This document shows positions 24,948 to 36,400 of a stretch of DNA of 64,000 nt, piece by piece. Within the stretch, counting starts at the first letter, position 1; every line of letters starts with the position of its first letter. Location: positions 2,592,802 through 2,656,801 of the forward strand of contig NMRA01000002.1 of the NCBI GenBank assembly GCA_002633005.1. The letters are read 5' to 3'. A program made the translations under genes and the position numbers. Below the pieces are notes generated by a model. It saw only the letters and a list, made by a program, of their open reading frames with translations, made no database searches and had not been told where the DNA came from. Source of the DNA: Phoronis australis (lineage: Eukaryota; Animalia; Phoronida).

Positions 24948-27552
24948 CTTGTACTAAAAGTTGAACGCTAGGGTCCTTTTTACGTCTCGTCTTTAGGTTT
25001 GTATCGATGCCATAAATGAACTGTTCCCTCACTGCTGAGTCCAAGTTTCTGTATTGAGCAGACCGTCTATAATTGGCTTCCTCGTCGTGGCAACTTACAG
25101 GCAATTTGTTATGTCGTGCGTATTCAGAAGACTCATTTCTTTTTGAGTTTCTATAATCCTGTATATAACTTGAATTATTGTACCCATTAGTATATGGTGA
25201 CAGTTCGCTGGCAAATCCAATCCTGCTTTTTCGCAGAGCGTCACTTAAACTCATGTCTAAGTCACTTGAACTTCTTGTTTGCAGATAACTAGAGAAATTT
25301 CCAACTCCTCTATTAGACCGATTTTGAGATACCTCAGCGTAATCCGAGTTAACGTGGTCTTGACTTCTGCTAGTCCTAAACAGCTGTCTCGTATTCTTTC
25401 CATGGGACTGCTTTTCCAGAAGTCGAACAGTGGAGGAAGACATTGTCTCTAAACTGCTACCAGCGTTTTGATTTGTAGACAATGTACTCTTCATGTGAGA
25501 TACCTGTGATTCAGAAATACGGGAGAGACGATGAACTACCTGCAGGCTTCCTTCGAACACCTCGGTATTTGATGTTAGGCTACCAAACGACTCCGACCCT
25601 GGGGAAGCGCTCTTGTTTTTACCACCCTTCTTCCCGCCTTTACCAGCGGACTTCTTCCCACCAGCTCCGCCTTTCTTAGCACCCTTTACCTTTACACCCT
25701 TGCCTTTCTTTCCTCCTTTCTTTCCACCTTTGCCTCCTTTTTTACTTGTTTTTCTCTGGCTTTTCTTGCCCTTTCCTTTCTTCTTTTTCTTATTGTCAAG
25801 GTTGTAAACAGAATCAGTTGGAGGACAGAATTGCTGATAGCCAGACCCGTATCTATTACTTATGCTGTACAAGCGTGTGTTCACTCCGGGAAACTTTTCG
25901 AGCGGAGCACTTAATATGTTTTTAGATACTTCAACAATTTTTGAAGATTTGCCAAGCGTTTCTAAAATTTTCCTGTCCTTTTGGGCTTGTGACTGTCGCT
26001 GTTCTACTTCCCAGTTCTCCATTCCGCCAGTGAGAGATCCTTGTACTGAAATATTTTGCGAAGTAGGTTGCACACGGGACAGAGCCGGTGGGACGGTCAT
26101 CGTGCTGGGATTTGGTTTAGCGGCGATAGGTTTAATTGGGAGAGAGAGAGACTGGACAGAAGGCATGCTGGTGGCGGCTGATGCGAATCCTGTGATGGGA
26201 CGAGAATCGCTGAATCCAACAGGTGTATTTCTAGGCATGGGGTTTAGAGGGCTCGTGACTACGCCAGTTGTTTTGTTGGAGTTTCCAAAGCTTCCATAAT
26301 CAGTACCCCAAGGCGACGTAGCGCCAAATGTTACATGACTTGCTTGAGCAGGTTGAAGATTTGTTGTTTGCGAAAGTATATTCATTCTCTGAGTTGGCAC
26401 GACTGCAGGCATTGGAAACTCAATGGGTCGCTCTTGGACAAAACGTGACGCCTGCACCGGTGCAGGGTTAGTTGCTTGAGGAGGATCAAAACTTCTCCTC
26501 GTTTGTCTGGCCTGACTGAGCCAGGTCTCTGTCTCATTTAGTTCCTTTGGGGATTGACTGTTGAACATGTGCATGTACTGTTCGTTATGAAGCAACGGTT
26601 TCTGAGGGGGGGAGTGCCTCTTAGGTTCTTCTGGTGACGGCACTAATGACAAGCCCTCGAACATGCGAAATGGTGAGTTCGTAGCGTTAGTCGCTGCTTC
26701 TGGCATGTTAACGCTTACGGTCGGATGTCCTGCAGCCAGTTTTGACGGAGACGACATCGGAAAGAGCATTACTTTTTGGGCGTTAGGCATAGGTAGGCTA
26801 CCTTGCTCACCAGAGCCAGGTGGTCCACTCTGAAGACGCGCAAACCGCTTCTGTAAATTGGCACTCACAGGATTAGACGGCCTCCTTGTTGAACCGGGGT
26901 CTCCCATTGAGTCACCCGGTCGCCATGACTGGAGAACATGGCCGCTGATATTGTTTGAATTGGTACCAAAGGCATTGCTATCGAATATAGCTAATCCTTT
27001 GACGACGGCCTGAGCTCTACCGAACGCTTCGCTCAGGCCTGTTGTATTTCCTTTATTCTGATTGGTGCAGAATGTGGTTTCAAACTGAGCCTTTGGTATA
27101 CATGACGCATGATGAGTCTTTTCTCTGGGCCTAACGGAATTGGACGGTGGCTCCTTACGACTTACGTCCCGGCTTTCATCATAAACCGTACTTTTTACCT
27201 GCGGGAACCCTTGGGATAAGTCACTGGGCTTAGTGAATTTTGAAAAGACATCCCTTATAGGTATGGATGGTGCTCGAGCAGTTTTTAATGATCCCTTGTC
27301 GGCTTGAACGATGCGAACTTCAACAGGCTTCTCGTTCTGTATCTGATCACGGGGAACAGATTGGTTAATCGGTGTTGTCGTGCATTTGTTTTTTGAAATT
27401 TCGCTCTTATCAATGAAGCGATAACGCGCTATCTTATTGTTTAAGACTGCTTCAAGTTTTGCTTCAAATCCTGGCGGTCTTACGGACATCACTCCCCATG
27501 AGGCCACACCAGCAAACACACCTTGGTACTGCCTTGGGTGACAATTCTCGTC
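24948..27552 (-). CDS. First large exon (~868 codons) of cassette/gene 6: RLYSISNRY, Lys/Gly tract, KNKSASP
   Basis: ORF 24937..27519; acceptor ctaattacag|GAC (phase 0); donor CAAG|GTGAAC (phase 1) after SVQLLVQ; 142-nt intron. Confidence 0.85.
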
Positions 27553-27641
27553 CTGTAATTAGATTATAAACAAAGACTGCTGGTGCATTTAATGTAGAGG
27601 AGTTGTAGTCTGAACAAAGTCTATGCAAAGCTTAAGTCAGA

Positions 27642-27880
27642 CAGTGGCGGTATTTTTTATATTCTAACTCCTTGTCGCACAGTGGCGTAAGCCTTGCCAA
27701 GTTGCAGGTCCGTAATCCATCGGAATGTGAACTTCTTGTTCGGAACACTATCAATGAAATAAAGAAACTGAAACGCAATCTTGCCGCGGTCTGGGGTCTC
27801 TTCACGATATTGCTGTTTTATTTTGCTTGCAGCAGCCAAGGGGGGACGGGCCCCTTGGGCCCCCTTTAAATCCACCTATG
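27642..27880. mobile_element. Non-autonomous TIR element, CA[GT][TA]GGCGGAT-ended family
   Basis: cagtggcgg...ttaaatccacctatg; the minus-strand start resembles the copies at 40929 and 55288. Confidence 0.6.
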
Positions 27881-28490
27881 ATACACTAATGCAGTTGGAT
27901 TTCCCAAGTATTGGGATTTACGAAAAGAAATACACCAGCAACTATGATGCACATTAGTTAGCAGACTGGGTTTGAAACAAAGTGCTACAGTACACAATTC
28001 CCTTCTAAAGGATCAAGTGTCCAGTACACAGTTCACTAAAAGCGACTTTACGTTTGAAACTCGATTCTGATGCTGCCCAATCACATTGCGCGGAATCGGA
28101 AAATTTACCCAAACCGTGCCTTGCAATTGGTCAATTTTCGAGAAGAGTCTCAAGTAAAATTTGGAAGTCTGAGTCATGGGTCCAAGTGATAGCTTTTGCT
28201 CCTTTCCTCATGAACACTAACCCGATGATAAAACTGAACAAAAGTAGACGGTCCACCGGCGCAAGAGTTGGCGCATACGCGAAACAAGCTAATGTCACGT
28301 GGTCAATTTCCTGCCAGTTGGTTACCCGTCGCTACAGACCACGATCTTCCTGGTTAAGGGCGAAACCATTTTATAGGACCTGAATTTCATCTCATAGCGA
28401 TTTTTTTCCAGAATCATCGTTAAAGCGGCGATAAACACAAATTCCGTCAAATAAGTGGATGTTTCATTTAGACCACTGATCTTTATAAAA

Positions 28491-28700
28491 CTGGGTACCA
28501 TTCCAAGAAAACTGACTTAGCTACGACAAATTTTAAAATTCAGCTAATTTTGAGATGAAATTTATTCAAGAAAGAGGTCTTAAGTTTGACATAAGATTCG
28601 TCTTAATTTTGATTAACTTACTAGATGTGAAAGTTTCAGAGTTTAGAAGTCGAGACGAATCTTAAGCGTCAAAATCAATTTAAGTCATTTTCTTGGTCTT
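28491..28700. mobile_element. Diverged copy of the 10684-10930 MITE
   Basis: ttccaagaaaactgacttagctacgac ... tttaagtcattttcttgg matches both ends of that element. Confidence 0.6.
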
Positions 28701-30049
28701 AACTTACGATTTTTAGTTTAAAAGAACAGACAGTTTCTTATTTCTCGAGAATATGCTCGACGTGTAAAATGAACCGCCGTGCCCAACGAATTGCAAAGTC
28801 TGGTTTCAAGCAATAACGAACTGTGATTTCTTTTTCTAAGCCCTGAAAACGCCTCTAATTTGACTAAGGACAATGCGAGACCTATTTCGTGGTCAAGTCA
28901 AGCCTAGGTTCTGATAACGGAAGATGAGTTCATAGCCGCATATAGTAAGCGAGATATAAGTATATGGAACAAAAATGAGAAATACAGAGGTGCTGGAGAA
29001 TTTACATGATGTAAGGTTGCTCAAGCACAGGCGAGGGGTATTTTTTCTCCTTCTGGTCGCCGTTAGTTTCACCCCCGCAAGCGATGCTGCGCTACCCGAT
29101 TTTTCCTTTTTTGCCCCAATGACTCCCGACTAATACGTCTTTGCAAGTTAGTGTGCAATGCTGCAGGTATGAAAGATTTTAGCCATAGTGAAAAAGTGGA
29201 AAAACACACTTACCGTCTAATTTGTTGGACTGTGCAAGACCTAAGGAACTGAAGCGAATGTGACGTCATCTGGGTGATATACGTTTGTGATGTAACTGTC
29301 TGAATGAATGGTGAAACAGTGGTCCTTGGTCTTTGAATGTTGCAGTGAAGAAAACAACACGTGCACAAAATCAAAACCTAACCAAATGCAAACTACCCAA
29401 AAGCCTGGAGACTAAATTCTGAGTGGTTCATTTTACAAATTCACCCATATGCAATACGCGTCACTCCACACATCACACAAGTATCACACGCACACGGGCG
29501 CAAGCTCAGTTTCACAGGATTCTGTAAAGAATTGTAAGGTAGACAAGTGTGTAGTGACTAGCATTAATGAAATGATCTTTAATTAGGCCCAAACATTTGG
29601 CATCTTTTTATACACGATTGTGAACGCGATTGCGTAGACCCTGAGGAACAGGCGAAACGACATTAGATGCCCACTGGCCCTTCTTAGGTGTAAAGATTGG
29701 GACTGATTTTTATTTGTGGACAGGTCTACCTGGAATCCCGGCCAAATGATCATGAAAGAAAAACAACTAAACCTAGATCTAGCTAGTATATTTGTATAAA
29801 AGCAGTATATGATACCAAACCAAAAAGAAAGTCACGATACTTAAAAATAAGCTGTGAAATCTATGTAAAAGAATGTCATTGTCCAGACCATACAGCGATG
29901 CGTAACGTGTATAACGCTGAAACAAGATGTAAAGATAACGAATAAAAAGGTGTCTTTAAGACATGTTGAGGTGTAAATTAAATACATTGGTTATATGCAA
30001 CTGCTTTAAAATGCAAATATGTTAGCACGTTTTTCTTACATCACCTATG

Positions 30050-30655
30050 TCAATCAAAGTATCGCCCCTTGACTCCAGCAAATGTAGCTAACAAAACAAC
30101 TTTCAAGGGTTCTAACAAAAGCGCATGGGCTAACAGAAACCCAAAAACCAACGTTATCCAATTCTTAGTTTCGTTTTTTCCAAATGTAGAACCACGTGTT
30201 AGGCACGTGACTATGCTACATACAAAGCAAGAGACCACTACGCAGACGCAAAACAACTTTGCTACAACATTTATCCAAAACCTGTGCTCCAGTTTTCCGC
30301 CAGCAATCCGCTCAAGACGAAACAGGAAGTTACTTTGCAAGGTTCCACGCTTAAGTTGGAGACTTTCATTTGTCCCATTGCTGTTATTATTAGTGTTTGT
30401 CGTTTTGCCGTCTATTGACTCGCTCTCGGCTGTCGGGACATTGTTGTTACCCGAGCGACTATTGTTGTTTAAGTTAATAACATAAGACTGCTTTTTAGTT
30501 ATACGCTGGCCGACTTCAGATGGCCGGGTATTCTGAGTGCGCGACGTTTTCGTGCGAGCTACAGCTTGTAGGGCTTTAGAGACCATAAGGCGACCTCTGG
30601 AACAGGCTTGATCAATAATCATTCGACCAACTCTTGTCCCGCTTTGCTCAGCAGC
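30050..30655 (-). CDS. Terminal exon encoding two hydrophobic helices resembling TM4-TM5 of polycystin-1-like (PKD1L/REJ) proteins
   Basis: Acceptor catttcag|GCT (phase 0). FWINVVAKLFCVCVVVSCF...FGKNETKNWITLVFGFLLAHALLLEPLKVVLLATF fits the recalled family pattern [YF]G-x(5-6)-W...[QE]P[LI]KV. Stop follows. Confidence 0.75.
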   Translation of the reverse strand, partial: AAEQSGTRVGRMIIDQACSRGRLMVSKALQAVARTKTSRTQNTRPSEVGQRITKKQSYVINLNNNSRSGNNNVPTAESESIDGKTTNTNNNSNGTNESLQLKRGTLQSNFLFRLERIAGGKLEHRFWINVVAKLFCVCVVVSCFVCSIVTCLTRGSTFGKNETKNWITLVFGFLLAHALLLEPLKVVLLATFAGVKGRYFD

Positions 30656-30899
30656 CTGAAATGTATGATTTCGTTACCCAAAGCGCAACTGAAACTATGA
30701 ACATATAGGAGAAATGATCAGGGAAAACAACCTGCTATCATCTGCTGCAGATGAACGGTATTAACAACAAATGGCGGACGTTGACGTCGTTGTGAAACCT
30801 TTGAGCAATATTTAGAATTAAGTATGAAATACATTTGTACAGAGGTTCATACGTAGCGACCAATTCATATTCCATGACAACGTGCCAATATAAACGTAC

Positions 30900-32908
30900 C
30901 TCCAATAGCTCGGCTTCAACAATTTTAGCCACGGCTCCTTCGACCATCATAACTGAATCTGACATGTCTTGGCCAATACAAGCCATCCTTTGAAGCTGGT
31001 CAAGTGAGATCGTGCCCATCGTTCGGTTGGCAACTTCTTCTACCAAACTATGTACTTCGTAATACACCTGTCCAACGTCCGGGAAAAGGTGTTCACATGG
31101 TGAAACTGTGTCCCGAATGATACTTTCCCTCGTTTTACCACATTGGTTGCACACTGGGATGTCGGGTAAGAAGTGTGCCATCATCTCTTCAGTTAACATT
31201 TTACATAGTAATGTGGCATGCTCATAGGCGTACGATATTAAGTGTTCCGCCTGTTTCTGCGGAATGAAATAACTCGACCAATTCTCCCTCCGCCTTAAGT
31301 CATTCTGCCCAAACGTGTAATCAAGTGCGCTGTTTTGTCGTCCATTAACTGTGTTGTGCAAATTTGACTCGGTTTGTTGTTTTCCTTGAACGCGTGGCTG
31401 TTCTTTACTTGTAAATCGCAAACTTACGTCACTATGTAAAATTGGTTGATGAGCCATCACCCTCCCAAATGCATTACTTCCCGACTCTCGACCTTTTAAG
31501 ATAACCCGCCTATTGTCAGTTGGGTCCGCTACGGATTTTGCCGTACGAGAAATGGACTGATCTACGGGTTTGTGCGAGAGCTCATCTGAATGAAATCTAG
31601 ATATATTCATGCCTAAAAAATTACGACGTTTGTGTGTTCCGTGAGTTTTATTCACCACCTGAGTTCCAGACAAGTTGTCGACTGTGCTACCGTCGTCTTG
31701 AAATTTGCAGCAGTTTTTGTAATCGTGTACTCCTTTAAGATCGAAATGTCCAACTGCGTTTTTTAAAGAAAGGTCACCGTTTTCATAACGGTTCTGACCC
31801 TTTGATTTTATTCCATTCGTGACGCAACTGTTGCGACTCGTTATTGAGCCTGTAGAGTTGGAGCGTCTGACAACTCCCGTCGAAGCTTCGTACTTGTCAC
31901 CGAAATGCAGCGCTGCACGAATAGTAAAAGGGCGAGGGGTGTCAGACGTTCTAGTAGGAGAACTGTTTCGGCGTAGGTGGTTCAGTAATGATGTATCGCT
32001 GAATCTAGCAGACGAATGCACGTGGCTTGGAACTGGTGTGCTATACTGCTTTTCCCAATATTCAACTCTTTTCTTCTTCGAAGGGCACACAATTGTTTTA
32101 GTTGCGTTGTCAGTGGTATTTCCACTAGGAAACGTAAACATCGGTTTCTTCCTTCGCGGCGTTGACTGTGCAGCTTGCGCCTGTCGCTTTGCCATGAATT
32201 GTGTCCAATAGTCGCACATGCTGGTGATCATCGACTTACCCTGGCGATCACCTGGCGCGGGCAAAGCTGCTTTACCAGTGGTATGTCTCGTAGATGCTAG
32301 TAACTGGTCACCATAGCAATTATCTAGCCATTGACCATTCGGTGAGATTCTTGAATGACCTGGACTATTTGTCAAATAATTAGGCATCGGAATTTTAGTG
32401 GTGTCTGGTTGACAGGTGTAACCCTGGAGTACGTCATCGATGGGTTTCTTTATGTTGATAGTGCCTCTGGAATCTTGTTTTGCAATAACCGGTCTCACAC
32501 GTGGTGTGAAACAGCGAGTTGAAAGTATGCTTCGTTCCGACTTGTCATTTGAGAGCACTGGATACGTGGAATTTGAGGTGACTGGAATTCTTTTAGCGGA
32601 GTTCTGAGTGTAGATGTTACAGTTATGCAATTGACTTCGTACGACATCTAAATTTTTATCTGGCAAATGGGTACCAGCACTAATACTAGAAAAGACGCCT
32701 TCCGTATCAATCATGCGATTTTTTGGCGGCCGGTCGCTCGTTACGGCATCTCCAAGATCGGGTAATGGTAACCGCTGCAATGTTTTTGCATTGTTGTGGA
32801 GACGCTTCACCGTGTCTGATATGAAACGAATACCTTCCTTATCGAATTCATTCGTGCAACTACCTTTGTCGACCATGTCTTGTATAAGACGAGCATTGTC
32901 CACAATGT
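30900..32908 (-). CDS. Internal exon (~669 codons) of the polycystin-1-like gene loop
   Basis: ORF 30738..32936; acceptor catcattttag|AC (phase 1); donor GAG|GTACGT (phase 0). Begins DIVDNARLIQDMVD and ends with the shared Cys domain. Confidence 0.85.
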
Positions 32909-33416
32909 CTAAAATGATGGTATAACAACTTAACACTTTAAACAGGAGGAGCCCAAAAGCTTGAAACTTTAACTCCTACGTATTGTCGAGTTTATATAAA
33001 ATAGTTGACAAAATAAACTGAGATGCCGGTATCGAAATTTGACATAAATTTGACGCACAAATCTGCCACTAAATGTTACCATCTATTTTTTACCAGAACA
33101 CTTTTCAACTCTAGCAAATTCTTGACAAAATAACTACAGGTGTAGTTCCTCGCCCTCTGTCGAAGTCGCAACTACTAGCCTTGCAAATTCTTTTACAAAA
33201 TATATACAGTTAGGCGTCACATTATAATCTAAGGCTCCACAAAATGTCATTTAATTGCGAAATACTTTAAATAAATTGCCAAATAATTTAGTTCGTCCTA
33301 CGTTTGGCAGATTTCTGTCAAAGGCTGTCCAAAATACTGTACTGTTGTTGCATTTGTAGGGGGTTTCTCTGACAAAATTTGAGTAAAACTAAGCAAGCTA
33401 TATACATGTGGCTTAC

Positions 33417-36400
33417 CTTGGACAAGGCAGTGGACACTGCTTCGAGTAGTTCTCAGGAGCGTTGAACTGTTCTTTTCTTCCAATTTGCCAGGATATCTCT
33501 GAAGGGGGAGGCCCAACGGCTGCCCTGTGACCGTTTGAAGCGATTGAGAATTGAAATGACTGAACCTAGAATTTGCTGCTTCTGTTCCTAGCAACTGATT
33601 ACTACGATGACCAGGTAGATCGAGATCAGAAAATTTGAAAGGACTACTCATACTAGACAGGGTGTTATTGTTGGAACAGGCATACCGGTCATTTCCCTGT
33701 CTTTTAGTTGTTTTCACATCCAATAAAAGCTTTTCTAAAGCATCTAAGACAGACGGAGGGGTGCGCGTAAGGTCAGTTTGCAGTTGGTTTAAATGGTCTT
33801 GCATGTCATTTCTACTGCAAGCTTCATCGCCAAAGTTGCTCTCATTGAACTTGCCTGAAATGGCACTGGTAATTATTTCTTCGGATTGCTGGTGTGCCTG
33901 TAGTTGTTTTACATTGCCATTGGGTTGAACTGTAGAAAACGACGTTTTATCATTTTTATCATATAGCGGTTTGGACGACGTTTCCTCTGCGCTTGTCCGT
34001 GCAGAGAAGAACGCTTTGGAGGCTAAAGATTGTGGCCGCTTGTCAACGCAGTCATAAACCACTGGAACTTTTTTAGTTTGATTTTCCTCTGTTGTAGTCA
34101 TGGGCTCGTCGACGCCGGTTGCTACGTTGGTCATCTCCAGTCTATCGAACATTTCATAGAGTGGTTCCCTTTGTCCAAAGTTTTGGTTTTGCATGCGCTT
34201 CAGAACTCTCTGTACCTGATTGAGCTTTTGTGGTTCCGGTACTACGTAGTCGGTGTGTTTGTTTTTGATGTCTGGACCGTTCGCGAAAGTTTTCACACTG
34301 GGAACGACAAATTTCGGTTCCCTGTTTAATGGAGATTTAAGTGGCACTGCCCGCTTGTGTTCAACCTTTGTGTCCTCGTTGGGCATCGGATCTCTAGAAT
34401 CTGTATTTCTTGCAGACTTTTTCACATGATACTGAGAATCTTTTGGAGTTTTATGTACTCTCACCACCAGACACCCTTGTTGCATTATTTTAGCGGAATT
34501 GTCACGTGTGAGAGCAGTTGGTGTCTCACAGTATTTACCGACACCACTGTTTTCTGTATCGCTGCAATGTAATGCCTCTTTGCCGACACCAAGAGTTCCC
34601 TTCAAAACAGGCTCTTCTGTCTTTCGTTGATGCTTGCATACGGCTGTGTCATTCTTTCCAAATAATGTGTGCATATGGATGTCTCTCGTTTTATGGTAGT
34701 TATCGGTAGACAATAACTGTATTCTAGATGCTGCCAATGTTCTAGCACACTTTTCTTTCGACTTGATTGGTCCTTCTGAAACCAACGAAGCGCCGGTTTT
34801 TTTTAATGTACTGTTACCAGGTCCATTTCTTTGTGTTTTTCTTGTGTTGAACTGAGAAAAAAATGCGCGCTTCCAAAGTGACCTGCGAAAAACGTCGCAC
34901 GCGCTGTGTATACGCGCGGTGCGCGGACTCTCCTCATGGCTTGCATCACGTTGGTGGAGCTGGGCTCCTTCTGCCTGGGTGCTCCTGAGGGTACACTCAT
35001 GGTACTGTGGTGTCGGTGACCTAACTGACCAGTTATTGCCAAACTTTGTTGCATACATCGGCTCAGGCAAGCGTAGCATAGGTACGCTACGCGCTTTACC
35101 ACCTGGTGCAGGATCAATATTTTTACAGTCATTCTTACTCATGCGGTTCCATATTCCAAAGAATTCCGTAGATTTTCTTGCATCATTGTCTGATGTCTGT
35201 GTACAGTTACGATGGTTTTGCACATGATCCCAAGAGGGTGTCTGTTGACAGCTTTCCTTTGTCTGAAAAGTCTTTTGCGAAAATTTATCTCTAGTTGAAA
35301 GCAAACGATTTGACTGGTCTGCGTTGTAATTTGTGAAATGAGGCAGTATACTTGACGTATCAACACCTATATCGTCTGTTTCCGAGTCATATCCAGTGGC
35401 AGCGTTCTGGTTTCGTGATTGTGGTATTCCGCTCGTTTTGTGCATATGGCGAAAAATTCTAACGGTTACTGCAACCGATGAGTCTTTTTCAAGGCTGCTG
35501 CTTTGGGATGCCATGTTAGAGGCATTGGTTGAAAAATTATCAATCGAGAACGGCTCATACACTTCTAAAGCACTATCTCTGGCGCTTTGGTTTTTCGATC
35601 TCCCACGCCCGGCACCACGACCTTTACCAGCAGCCCCACCCTTTCCACCTCCTTTGGCCGAAGCAGGAGATTTCTTAGCACTTGGGGAAGGCGACTTCTT
35701 TCCTCCAGGGGGCGACTTCTTTCCTCCAGGAGGTGACTTCCTTCCTCCAGGGGATGGCTTCTTGTTTACGGGAGACGCCTTTCCTGACTCTGCCTTTCTT
35801 TCTGTAGGAGAATTCTTTTTTGCAGGTGATTTACCTGCGGATGGAGCATTTGCTTTTTCAACTACTTTTTCAGGTTGAGAAGACTTCCCTGACATTTCTC
35901 CCAAGTCACGGTCTGATTTATTTTTTACAGCAGTGCCCCCCTGACTGGAATTAGACATTTTGCGGACCGACTGTGATGTGGAAGCAGTTAGAGTTTTTTC
36001 TCTTGTGACGCTCTGCCCGAGCATGCCAGTTACTTCTCGTCTCCCTGTTTGACTTATTCCCGAAACGCCTACTCCTATTCGCGACGCTTCGGGACTCGGC
36101 GATACACCGGGAGGAAAATACCCCGGATGCGTTCTGCCAGAGATGCTGAGCAGACGGCTGCTCACTCCGGGAACCGATTGGTTCGGTAAAACGTATCTAC
36201 TCTTGCTTTCCGAAACTATTGTAGAGACTTGGCTGATGAGTTTACCAAGCCTCTGTTGTGGAATAGACTGTGATCCATTAATTTCACCTGCGTTATCAGG
36301 TGTCACAAGTTGTGGTGACGTGGCATATTTGTAAGCTGCACCTCCACTTGTGCCAGGAGCAGAGTTTTGCACGTGACTAGTAGGCAATTGGGCGTTGCTG

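Noticed and set aside
28950-29270. First exon(s) for cassette 6 (MTSHSLQF... with donor CG|GTAAGT at 29214)
   Set aside because: The donor is phase 2 and the acceptor at 27552 is phase 0; I found no open bridging exon.
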